Positions 23,694 to 32,685 of a stretch of DNA of 44,541 nt are shown in pieces. The stretch lies in sequence record SRR31156797_11646; one strand, written 5' to 3'. Made by a program: the position numbers and the translations under genes. The notes under the pieces were generated by a model. That model had not been told where the DNA came from and made no database searches. It saw only the letters and a program-made list of their open reading frames with translations. Position 1 is the stretch's first letter. Each line of letters starts with the position of its first letter.

Positions 23694-24689
23694 TTACTTC
23701 GCCACAAATTTTAAAAAATAATTTCCATACGAATCTTTAATGTCGAGATTCCCACCGGCTTTCTGGGCATAGGACTCATTCTCGACATATATATTTATTC
23801 CAGTATCAAGGGGATACATTGCAATATTTCCAGCTTGATTTTTTGTAACCTTGTCCAGCCCTCTGTTGTTCCACGGGGCATATGCTAAATGTTCTGATGG
23901 TGCACAACCGAAGATGCTGAACTTAGGGTTTACGATATCTAAAAAATCCCAAGAGCGATTGGATTTTCTTCCATGGTGTGGCGCAAGCAAGACGGTTGCG
24001 TTTTCAACATCTTTTTTAAAGTCTTCTAAAATGGATTCCCATGCTTTATCATGTGAATCACCAGAAAATACAATTTTGCATCCAGCAGTTCGGTATGTCA
24101 CGACATACGAGGCATCGTTTATCGCTTCAGCGCTTTCTGAATCATTTGCGTCTGAGACTAATTGAGCTGTCGGGGAGGAGATCCAAAGCCCGTCACCTCC
24201 CCCTTTGCCGTCTTCTCCTCTGTTGAAAAATTTTCTTCTTGATCCTGCCAATGGAGATATTACGGTGATATTTTCATTTTCGCTAATTATATTGTCATAC
24301 CTATTCCAATCTTCTTCTTTAAACCTGTTACCTTCAGAAAAATCGGGCTTTTCTTTGCGCACGCCGGAATCCCAAAAATTAGTGATAGAAACTGTGTTCA
24401 TCAAATTGTCGATACCATCCATATGATCCATGTCAGGATGTGTCAGAATAAATCTGAAAATTGAAGTGACGTTGAGCTTATCCGTCAAAAAATCCACAGG
24501 ATTTGTCGGATGTTTACACATGCCAAAATTACCTCTAGCTGCTTTTCTTTCTAGAGCAATAAGTCCACGAGATTCATCAATTTTTTCTGCGTTTCCGTTA
24601 CAGATGTCTATGGCCGTAACATTACCATTATTGTGTTTAATGATATGACAGTCACCTTCTCCGCAATTTAAAATATGTATTTCAGCCAT
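23694..24689 (-). CDS. ComEC/Rec2-type metallo-beta-lactamase fold hydrolase (standalone, cytoplasmic)
   Basis: LNCGEGDC, ILTHPDMDHMDG, NDASYV, FSGDS, APHHG. Confidence 0.85.
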   Translation of the reverse strand: MAEIHILNCGEGDCHIIKHNNGNVTAIDICNGNAEKIDESRGLIALERKAARGNFGMCKHPTNPVDFLTDKLNVTSIFRFILTHPDMDHMDGIDNLMNTVSITNFWDSGVRKEKPDFSEGNRFKEEDWNRYDNIISENENITVISPLAGSRRKFFNRGEDGKGGGDGLWISSPTAQLVSDANDSESAEAINDASYVVTYRTAGCKIVFSGDSHDKAWESILEDFKKDVENATVLLAPHHGRKSNRSWDFLDIVNPKFSIFGCAPSEHLAYAPWNNRGLDKVTKNQAGNIAMYPLDTGINIYVENESYAQKAGGNLDIKDSYGNYFLKFVAK

Positions 24690-24793
24690 GACTATCCCAT
24701 TAATTTTGAGTTAAATTGTTGAATCGCGGTATGTATTGAGGGCTTTTTTAGAAAAACAATTAATGTGGTAAATCGGGGGCGATCTTTGTCGAG

Positions 24794-25768
24794 TTAATCA
24801 TCGTCTGCTTCGCTGGTGGCTACTTTAAAAGCAATCGGATGATGGTCTGAGTATTTCATTCTGAATTCTTTTCGTTGGTATGGATCCCCTATGTACGGTC
24901 TGTCCGATTCCTTCCAATATTTCCTCATCTCATCAATTAAGTTTATCACTTTGAACTGCTGATTTTTATGCATTTCATTAGCACTATACTCTAAATTGTA
25001 TAGAACATGGTCGTAGGGCTTAGGGCCTTTGGGATTTGTATTGGTGGGAATGCATGAGCCATTTAACGAAGTGAACCCTTTTGGTAAAATTGAATTTAAC
25101 TCCTCGCAATCTTCAATATTCATATCGCCAAGAATTACGTAATCTTTCTCTGGACCGTTCTGTTTATCAATCCATTTGAATATGGACTTAAACTCATGAG
25201 CACGACGTGTCCTTTTTTTAGAACTCCCTCCAGGTTGCAAATGGACTGATATGAAGACCAAATCACTATTTCCGGCCCTAAAAGAGAATGCATATGGCAC
25301 GCGTTCGTAATCAGGATTATCTGAGCGGTCATTGGCAATAAAACCGTGTGGCAAGCTCTCAGCAGGTGTCACACGGTTTGGTTTGTAAAATGCGACAAAC
25401 CACTCAGTAGCGGATGACTGTTTATGGTTTTCTGGACCGGTTCCGGTATCTTCTTCAGACAATACATAAGAAAAGCCTTCGACTGTCATGGCGTTAAAAA
25501 AGGCCTGAGCCTCTTTGTCGTTTTTATACGATGTGCCATCAGGATATTGACCCGAAAATGGGGGCGCGACTAATTCTTGGATGAATATCAGGTCGTATGG
25601 GGAAAGCAGCTTAGCTAATGCAGGATTGTCTCTATTTTTGAAATGCCCAAGAAATTGGATGTTAAACGACACTACCTCAAGCGATGTTGCAAACGCGCTG
25701 GTGTACATCCCAAATAGGATTACAAAACAGGATGTTATTATTGATGTGAGCCAAAATTTTTTACGCAT
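24794..25768 (-). CDS. Exported endonuclease/exonuclease/phosphatase (DNase I-like) protein
   Basis: Signal peptide ending SAFA; SFNIQ, IQEL, SVHL, GDMN, YDH, SDHHPI catalytic motifs. Confidence 0.85.
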   Translation of the reverse strand: MRKKFWLTSIITSCFVILFGMYTSAFATSLEVVSFNIQFLGHFKNRDNPALAKLLSPYDLIFIQELVAPPFSGQYPDGTSYKNDKEAQAFFNAMTVEGFSYVLSEEDTGTGPENHKQSSATEWFVAFYKPNRVTPAESLPHGFIANDRSDNPDYERVPYAFSFRAGNSDLVFISVHLQPGGSSKKRTRRAHEFKSIFKWIDKQNGPEKDYVILGDMNIEDCEELNSILPKGFTSLNGSCIPTNTNPKGPKPYDHVLYNLEYSANEMHKNQQFKVINLIDEMRKYWKESDRPYIGDPYQRKEFRMKYSDHHPIAFKVATSEADDD

Positions 25769-25861
25769 ATCAGTTCTCTTTACTTCTAAATAGGCGTTTG
25801 ACGTTCTTTTAAACAGGGTTCATATTAACCCGTGAACAATTACTCATGCAAGGAGAGAATA

Positions 25862-26797
25862 ATGCCAGGCGCATATGCACACCTTACCATGGTTAACAGA
25901 TTCAAAACCCCACAAGCCCTTGGGGCTGTGCAAGAACTTTCGTCGGAAAAGGCTTTTCAGATAATGCGATGGACCCGTTTTGTGGAACTGGGGGCGGTCA
26001 GTCCAGATTACCCTTATCTTTCCATAATGGATGAAGACGCCAAAATTTGGGCGGATGCCATGCATTACACAAGCGTTGGCGATCGCCTTAAAGCTGGAAT
26101 TGAGGCCCTCCGGGAAACAGAGCCCGTCACACAGAATAAGGCCTTTGCTTGGCTGCTTGGCTTTGCCTCGCACATTGCCATGGATTTGACGATTCACCCC
26201 GTTGTTGAACTGAAGGTTGGAGAATACGCGGAAAATGCCGCCGAGCACAGAACCTGTGAAATGAATCAGGATGTATTCATTTTCGAAGAAATGAATTTTG
26301 GGCCTCTGGCATTTGCCGAGTTCATTGATGCCGGCGTTGGTCGTTGTAATGCGGAAGATGACGAAGAGATGATCGATCGAGAGATCAAGCAAATCTGGAT
26401 GAAAATGCTTCGTAGAACGTCCTCTTCAGACCTCTTGGAGAATTTCCCTCCTGATATGGATAAGTGGCATCGCCGGTTCAAGATGATGGTCGATGACATT
26501 GCGGAGGAAACTCAGCGGCTGCCCTCAATCGCCCGTCACGCACTTGCCGGTACTGGTGTGGCTTATCCACTTCGGGAAGAGGTCGACAATACGTTTATCA
26601 CCGGCTTGGAAACACCTGAAGGCGAACGGATGGATTATACTCAGATATTCGACAAGGCGCAAAGTAGTGTAGCCTCTCTATGGTCATTGGTTACCCGAGG
26701 AGCATTCGGAATTGACAGTGAGTATGAGGATGCCATTCACGATTGGAATCTTGATACCGGTAAGCGTCCGGACGGCACGTTTGAATTCTGGAGGTAA
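25862..26797 (+). CDS. Zinc-dependent phospholipase C / P1-nuclease superfamily protein
   Basis: MPGAYAH, GAVSPDYPY, MHY, GFASHIAMDLTIHP, HRTCEMNQD; ATG 25862 after AGGAG; no signal peptide. Confidence 0.75.
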   Translation: MPGAYAHLTMVNRFKTPQALGAVQELSSEKAFQIMRWTRFVELGAVSPDYPYLSIMDEDAKIWADAMHYTSVGDRLKAGIEALRETEPVTQNKAFAWLLGFASHIAMDLTIHPVVELKVGEYAENAAEHRTCEMNQDVFIFEEMNFGPLAFAEFIDAGVGRCNAEDDEEMIDREIKQIWMKMLRRTSSSDLLENFPPDMDKWHRRFKMMVDDIAEETQRLPSIARHALAGTGVAYPLREEVDNTFITGLETPEGERMDYTQIFDKAQSSVASLWSLVTRGAFGIDSEYEDAIHDWNLDTGKRPDGTFEFWR

Positions 26798-26800
26798 TAA

Positions 26801-27223
26801 ATGAAACGGAAAGTTGTAAGCCTTGCCCTTCTCGCGTTCCTACTTTTTAGTTTCGGATGTGCTTGCCAACAGCATCAGCCTATGTACAGCCTATCCGTCG
26901 AACTCAACAAACTCACAACTGCGGCTGAAGGTTATGAACACTTCATGAAGCCGCCCGCCGACTTAAGTGACGAGGAATTTTTGAAAAAGGCTACAGAGCA
27001 CGATCCGAGGCTTCTGAAGCCCTTTGAGGATTTTAAGCTAGATGTCGTTCGAAAAGATGGTCACGTAAGCATTCTTGTTTGTTCAAAGGAAGACGGACGT
27101 GCACTTCTCCAAGACATCGGCTGCACCGGTGAGTTTGACCTGCACCTCTGGAAGACAAAATCTCCCGTATCTTGTGGTCAAGTCGATGACGGAATCTCTA
27201 TCTGCACCCCGAATAAGGAGTGA
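26801..27223 (+). CDS. Hypothetical Cys-rich lipoprotein
   Basis: MKRKVVSLALLAFLLFSFGC lipoprotein signal; five further Cys; GGAGG RBS in upstream gene. Confidence 0.7.
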   Translation: MKRKVVSLALLAFLLFSFGCACQQHQPMYSLSVELNKLTTAAEGYEHFMKPPADLSDEEFLKKATEHDPRLLKPFEDFKLDVVRKDGHVSILVCSKEDGRALLQDIGCTGEFDLHLWKTKSPVSCGQVDDGISICTPNKE

Positions 27224-27228
27224 TTTCA

Positions 27229-28269
27229 ATGTCTGTATTTTTTGAACACGAACAACTTATGGAGGCCCCGCCGATCAAGCGAGCGGCATACTCTGACCGA
27301 ACGGCGTGGCTGATGGGAGAACTCTCTAGATTAGTTTATGAAAGGCTTCCTAATGAACAAGAGTTGGAGGAATTGCTGGGCAAGCTGATTAAAGGCATCC
27401 AGGAAGACAAGTCGAAGGCAGAACTGAGTTTTATGGCTGCCGAGTTTGTAGCCTGCACTAATGAGACACAAGAAAGCCAGACGGACAAAGTCCTTAAGGG
27501 GCAAAATTTTGAACTGTTTCGTTCATACTCCATTGGCGGGACTGAATGCATGATTGTCAAAATCCCAGAAAGGGATGAGGTGAATTTTGCAGGCATGTTC
27601 GTGATCGTTTTCAGGGGCACCGAGCCGACGTCATTGGCAGATCTGAAAGCTGATGTGAGGGCGAACTTGACTGCTGCGCCAGGCGGAGGACGAGTTCATA
27701 AAGGTTTTTTGGACGCCTACAACAAGGTTGGAGAAATCCTCAAAGAGGATATCAAGGAAGCGGGCAACCTGCCAGTTTACATTGCGGGACATTCTCTTGG
27801 TGGTGCCCTTGCGCTAGTGGCCACTCGCTACATCGGAAGTGATAGCGTGGGGGCAACATACACCTTTGGCGGGCCCAGAGTTGGTGATGACGAATTCTTT
27901 GAGAATATCAAAACGCCAGTGTATAGAGTCGTAAACGCCGCTGATGGTGTAGCCAGGGTGCCATTTGGAGTAGGCTTGTCCATTGTGGTGACGGTTATCC
28001 GATTAATTCCTCTAAATGGAACCAAGAAGGTTTCTAAGTGGATAGCGCGATTGTTTAGTGGGTACACGCATTACGGCGACATGAAACTTCTTAGCGATCA
28101 TACAAAGAAGAAACCGGTCCAGGTGTTCTCTAGCCCGAGTATATTCAAGACTATGCTCCAGGTTGTTCTTCCTCGTTTAATGGCCACCATGGGAAAAGCA
28201 AGCTTTCAGGACCACAGTATGGATGGTTATTGTGAAAAATTGGCCAACTATGCAAAGAGAAGGATTTAA
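27229..28269 (+). CDS. Class 3 lipase (alpha/beta hydrolase)
   Basis: VFRGTE, VHKGF, GHSLGGALA, YTFGGPRVG, VVNAADGVARVP, DHSM; ATG 27229 after AAGGAG. Confidence 0.9.
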   Translation: MSVFFEHEQLMEAPPIKRAAYSDRTAWLMGELSRLVYERLPNEQELEELLGKLIKGIQEDKSKAELSFMAAEFVACTNETQESQTDKVLKGQNFELFRSYSIGGTECMIVKIPERDEVNFAGMFVIVFRGTEPTSLADLKADVRANLTAAPGGGRVHKGFLDAYNKVGEILKEDIKEAGNLPVYIAGHSLGGALALVATRYIGSDSVGATYTFGGPRVGDDEFFENIKTPVYRVVNAADGVARVPFGVGLSIVVTVIRLIPLNGTKKVSKWIARLFSGYTHYGDMKLLSDHTKKKPVQVFSSPSIFKTMLQVVLPRLMATMGKASFQDHSMDGYCEKLANYAKRRI

Positions 28270-29012
28270 TGGATTTCAAACTTGACCGCTATACTCTCAA
28301 CGCTCGCCTCGCGCCTATGCTGATCACGCTGATGCCAATCGGACTGGCAGTTCTTAGCTTGTTTCCCGCAAAGTCTTCAAACCTTGCTTTGGTGGTCGGC
28401 GTTGTGACTTACTGTGGGATGTTGGTCCTGCTGTCGAACTTGGGACGTGATTTGGGCAGAAATATGCAAACCAAACTTTTCAAAAAATGGGGCGGAAGCC
28501 CTACTTCGAAAATGCTGGATCCGAACGTTTCTCAAATGCCTAAAACGCAACTCGCAGCAATTCACTCCAGCTTAGAAAAGCTGACAGGTGTCTCACTTCC
28601 TGAGAATGCCAGTCCCGAGGAAAGAGTGGAGGTTTTTGAGACATGGACCACGTATTTAAGGACTAATACGAGAGGTCAAGATAACGGACAGTTTCGGCTG
28701 ATTCTATCCGAGAATATCAGTTTCGGTTTCCGGCGTAATCTTTATGGCCTTCGTTGGATTGGTTTTGTGCTGTCCATTCTTGCCCTTGGTATTGCAATTG
28801 GGGATCATACCATTATTACTTGGGGTGGAGAACCATGGCACACTGACATACTTGCTCTGCGACCAGTAGCAAAGGCTGCAACCCTTATTACAGCTTGGAC
28901 CGCCTTAGTATTTTTGTTTGTGGTACGGGAAAACTGGGTGAAAATTGCGGCTGAGGCTTATGCCAAGCAGCTTCTTGAAGCAGTGTTCGTCTTGAGCAAA
29001 GGTGAAGTGTAG
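28269..29012 (+). CDS. Hypothetical membrane protein, about 4 TM helices
   Basis: Two N-terminal and two C-terminal hydrophobic segments around a soluble domain (ENISFGFRRNLYG); TAATG overlap with lipase. Confidence 0.75.
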   Translation: MDFKLDRYTLNARLAPMLITLMPIGLAVLSLFPAKSSNLALVVGVVTYCGMLVLLSNLGRDLGRNMQTKLFKKWGGSPTSKMLDPNVSQMPKTQLAAIHSSLEKLTGVSLPENASPEERVEVFETWTTYLRTNTRGQDNGQFRLILSENISFGFRRNLYGLRWIGFVLSILALGIAIGDHTIITWGGEPWHTDILALRPVAKAATLITAWTALVFLFVVRENWVKIAAEAYAKQLLEAVFVLSKGEV

Positions 29013-29055
29013 TACCGTTTAACTGAAATACCCAAAAAACCCCAAGCCACTGCAA

Positions 29056-29095
29056 ACATTAAGGCTCTCTCGCAAGCGCAAGAAAGCCTTAATGT
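29056..29095. terminator. Hairpin between convergent cargo operons
   Basis: ACATTAAGGCT...AGCCTTAATGT 11-bp perfect outer stem. Confidence 0.6.
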
Positions 29096-29122
29096 GTAAG
29101 TGTTTAGGTTAAGAAGCATAAG

Positions 29123-31387
29123 TTATTCATGATTCATAATGATAACATTTATATCCATTTCTCCTACGATTAATTGAACTCCAGGACACCCATCCATCGA
29201 CAATGTGGACGACAATTCGGCCAATTGCCGCATATCGATACAGCTTGGCATTGAACTACATCCAGGCGGATGTGAATGCCATTCTCCCACGTAACGAATT
29301 TGGTCTAAGGTTCGGGCCATAGATTCTGTCACAAGATTCGTAAGACCTTCTGTTCCGCGCAGGAATTCTCTTTCGCTTTCTTTGCTGTCAGGAGGAGCCG
29401 GGAGCGCTTGAAGAATTTCAAGCTGCTTATTGGGCACATCAACGATCCCCATAAGAGCTCCTCCTGTTTCGCAGGGGAGCTTCATTTTTCGCATTCTTCT
29501 GATTTGCTTTTCAACAGGGGCAAGAATACGAACTCGCCATTTAGCTTCTTGAGCAATAGGCTCTTCTGTTAACAATGTTGTGGCCTGTACTGAGCCATCA
29601 GACTCCAATTGCCAAATTTTTAACCTCGCCTCATTGGTTTTCAAGACGTCGTTTATACCCATAGCCACAAGGCCGGACAAAATTTGAACAGTTGAGGCCG
29701 GAAGTTGAGTTGTAAGCGCCCGGCAGTCCCCAGAATAAGGTATCTGGCTAGGTTCTATAGTCAATAAATCAGACAAAGCAGGGGTTGTGAGGATGCTGTG
29801 GTAAAATGTGGCTTCAAGCGTCTTTAAATCAATTTTTCGAGCCATATCTTCAGCCATCAAAATCGCAGTATCTCCAACCGGGTTGTAAAAGAATGAAATC
29901 CGACGAGCTGAAACTGGAAGATCACAAAGGTTTCTGCTTGCCGCGATAGAGGCAGATGCATCCAAAATGAGATCCGCCTTTTCGGTCGCTTCCTTAAAGG
30001 GCTGTTCGTGGTCCCCTAAATTAAGGCAGTTGGCTTCTATAGAAGATGTTTTTAAACCGATGCAGTTCGTGACAAGTTTCGATGCCAAACCACTTGCCTT
30101 CGATGCATCCAAATTTTCCGTCGTCAATGCATGGCGCGCAAGATTGTGAGGGAATAAAATATCATTATCTACAATCGTCCATTCGAATCGTCCTTCGCGA
30201 GACAGCGACTCCGCGACCATTGACCCTATTGCGCCAGCTCCAACCAACACGACGCTCTTTGAATCGACTTCACTGTGGCCAGCCATCTTTGTTGCTAGGG
30301 TGGGATCAAAAGCGGCATGCACATTTCCCGCAATGATTTTAAAATTTTCAAAATCTTCGATTTCCCAGGGGGCGGAAGGGACGACCAACCCATATGTGCA
30401 GCTACTTTTTGTGGGATTTGGATATATTACATTCAATGCAACGCCAATGTCTCCAAGAGTATTATCTGCAGAGACAAAGGCAATCATACTCATGCCATCT
30501 ATTGCGCCTGTCCTTGGATGAATAATGGGCATCTTGAGGAGGAGGCCGAGCTTGGCTTCAAGCCTCTGGTATTTCCATTTATCCTGAATTTCTACCCAAT
30601 TTTTAATTCGAGTAGAGATCAAATCCAACAGGTTGACTCCTCTCTGATCAAGTTCACGGTGGAGATCTGCAAGATTGGAAGGAGTGCTACGAATTCGTTT
30701 CATCTTGGCTGGTTCAATCTCAATCGCGAGGAAAACACAAACTCCTTCAAGGTGTTTGTCTGGCCATTCGTTTGTTATGGGGAAACTTGAGAGATTGTTT
30801 CCACTCTGTTTGCTTCTAAAAAAAGCAAACAGATCGTATTGTTCTTCCGGTTCCAACGAAAATAGGTCTTGGGGGAAGGTGAAATTTGCTTGATCGGGAA
30901 AGAAATACGGATCAAGAGGCTGGTTGATTCCGTGAAATTCATCCCGCGCCGTCTTTTGAAACCACGTCACGATTCTCTGGAGCAGTTCTGCGGGGGTGTA
31001 TGTTAAAATTGCTTCAACCCAGGATCTGTCATCAATGCATAAACTATAAGGTGATCCGGCAGGCACAGTATTTTGATGAGGGGTGTCAGGGAAGTCTTCT
31101 CGATTACTTAATACAAACGGGGGGTAATTGTCCTCTCCGAAAATTATGGCGACAACTTCTTTCCTTTTTATATCATAAGCAGGCCGCTGCGGACATCCTG
31201 TTTGGACTTCAAGAAAAAGAACATCACCGCCCTTCTTAAAGGTGTAGGTTCCTAAAATCCGCGCGGTTCCGTCTCCATGAGCCTCAACGAACTGGTGGAA
31301 ATCAATAGATCGTGACTTTTCGAGGTCATCTTTGCTGATTTCCACCAGGATTTCTTTGGCTAAAAAAACCTCAAACCAGGGATGCAC
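29123..31387 (-). CDS. E2-E1(ThiF)-JAB fusion protein (Cap2-Cap3-like)
   Basis: E2: FPDTPHQN..SLCID; E1: LVGAGAIGS, VDNDILFPHNLARH, GDC; JAB: ETGG..GEWHSHP..PSCID; likely GTG start 31387 after GGAGG. Confidence 0.9.
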   Translation of the reverse strand: MHPWFEVFLAKEILVEISKDDLEKSRSIDFHQFVEAHGDGTARILGTYTFKKGGDVLFLEVQTGCPQRPAYDIKRKEVVAIIFGEDNYPPFVLSNREDFPDTPHQNTVPAGSPYSLCIDDRSWVEAILTYTPAELLQRIVTWFQKTARDEFHGINQPLDPYFFPDQANFTFPQDLFSLEPEEQYDLFAFFRSKQSGNNLSSFPITNEWPDKHLEGVCVFLAIEIEPAKMKRIRSTPSNLADLHRELDQRGVNLLDLISTRIKNWVEIQDKWKYQRLEAKLGLLLKMPIIHPRTGAIDGMSMIAFVSADNTLGDIGVALNVIYPNPTKSSCTYGLVVPSAPWEIEDFENFKIIAGNVHAAFDPTLATKMAGHSEVDSKSVVLVGAGAIGSMVAESLSREGRFEWTIVDNDILFPHNLARHALTTENLDASKASGLASKLVTNCIGLKTSSIEANCLNLGDHEQPFKEATEKADLILDASASIAASRNLCDLPVSARRISFFYNPVGDTAILMAEDMARKIDLKTLEATFYHSILTTPALSDLLTIEPSQIPYSGDCRALTTQLPASTVQILSGLVAMGINDVLKTNEARLKIWQLESDGSVQATTLLTEEPIAQEAKWRVRILAPVEKQIRRMRKMKLPCETGGALMGIVDVPNKQLEILQALPAPPDSKESEREFLRGTEGLTNLVTESMARTLDQIRYVGEWHSHPPGCSSMPSCIDMRQLAELSSTLSMDGCPGVQLIVGEMDINVIIMNHE

Positions 31388-31388
31388 A

Positions 31389-32525
31389 TCAGCCTCCCCG
31401 AGACTCGGAAGAGGTCGTTGTGCCGATCGCACTTGGAGTAATGACATCACACGCAGCACCATACTTGGTGATGTCGATGTGGAGCGGTTTTAGACTCTTA
31501 ATGGAAGGATGCTCCATTGTTACTTTGAATTCACCGTCTTTGCCTTTGATTACGCCCTTATAATACGCAGCTGCCTGACGATGAGGGGGATATTTATCCT
31601 TGTCAGCTTCAGTTCCCTTTTTAGGAATAGGTTTACTCGGGGAGACGATGATTGCGCCAGCTTGCCCCTGCGATTCGATGAGCCACTTAACATTAGGAAT
31701 GGGGAGAACTTTGTCTTTTTTCTCACGCTCTTTCTCATCAGCATTCAGTGCTTTATATGAGCAGTGGTGGAACAATTTAAGAATATCCCACTCCAACCTT
31801 TCTTCGTTGTTTTTCCGTTTGGTAGTCTGGGCAATCTTATCAAGAGTTTCAGAATCAACGTCAGAACCGAACAGAGCATATGTAGTAGAACGCCCTTCAA
31901 CAAAAGTAGCCTGAAATACGATGGAGTTTTGATTTCGGTCTTCAAGGCCGTCGTCAGATCGCCAGGCAAAGGGGCAATGAACAAAAAATTCAATAGCCTC
32001 AGCCCGATCTTTTGAATAGCCAGGTACGTATTTGCCTGCATCAACGATGCAGTCTTTTCGGCTTTCGATGGTGAGGTCGTACTTCTTTAAAAAGTCTTTC
32101 AAAGCTTCAGGGCGCGAAAAGACCTTAATGTCCTTCCCTTCACGAAGGCGATAGCGGGCTTCTTTACGGACTGTTTCGGCGTCCCCTTTAAGGTTCTTTT
32201 CGGTGAGAGCCTCAGCTGGCACCCAGAGTTCATTTATTCTCGGACGGCTGAGTTTTTGAGTGGATTTCAAACTTTTGAGTTCGAAATAGTCGCTGAATCC
32301 TTTGATGTGGTCTTCATCAACATGCGTGATGCAAACCACTTCAAAATCCTTTTGCTTGGCGCTGTAAAGAGCATTGTTCAGCTCTTTGGGCAAATCGCAC
32401 CTTTTGTCATCCTCTTCATCGGTGGCCATGTCCGCGAAATCAACTAGCATTAGTCTGCTATCTGCGAATCGGATAAGAGTGGTATCGGCGTTGCCAAGGG
32501 GATAGAATGTGAGTCGAGCTGACAT
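31389..32525 (-). CDS. MBL-fold metallohydrolase with C-terminal Gly-Gly tail
   Basis: FYPLGNADT, ITHVDEDHIKG, NQNSIV, GSD, FHHCS; ends SSESRGG; ATG 32525 after AGGAGG. Confidence 0.87.
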   Translation of the reverse strand: MSARLTFYPLGNADTTLIRFADSRLMLVDFADMATDEEDDKRCDLPKELNNALYSAKQKDFEVVCITHVDEDHIKGFSDYFELKSLKSTQKLSRPRINELWVPAEALTEKNLKGDAETVRKEARYRLREGKDIKVFSRPEALKDFLKKYDLTIESRKDCIVDAGKYVPGYSKDRAEAIEFFVHCPFAWRSDDGLEDRNQNSIVFQATFVEGRSTTYALFGSDVDSETLDKIAQTTKRKNNEERLEWDILKLFHHCSYKALNADEKEREKKDKVLPIPNVKWLIESQGQAGAIIVSPSKPIPKKGTEADKDKYPPHRQAAAYYKGVIKGKDGEFKVTMEHPSIKSLKPLHIDITKYGAACDVITPSAIGTTTSSESRGG

Positions 32526-32685
32526 GGGCCCTCCTGTGATATTTTTGTTCCTATTAAGTAATGCGGGTCTGGAGGTTGTCAACCGTTTGAAATACTAGAC
32601 TTTTGAAGTGTGTTTTATAGGCTAGGGGCTAATTCTCGCCTGCCCTATATTCATAGCTATTGAAATTATTCATCAGACCAAAAAT

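Noticed and set aside
23694-24689. comEC competence gene or antibiotic beta-lactamase
   Set aside because: No membrane competence domain and no signal peptide; motif is HxDxDH ComEC-type hydrolase only.
31388-31462. 74-bp overlap between MBL and E2-E1-JAB ORFs
   Set aside because: Artefact of longest-ORF calling; GTG at 31387 with a GGAGG RBS removes it.
29123-32525. Type II CBASS
   Set aside because: Cap2/Cap3-like domains are present but there is no CD-NTase; the partner is an MBL.
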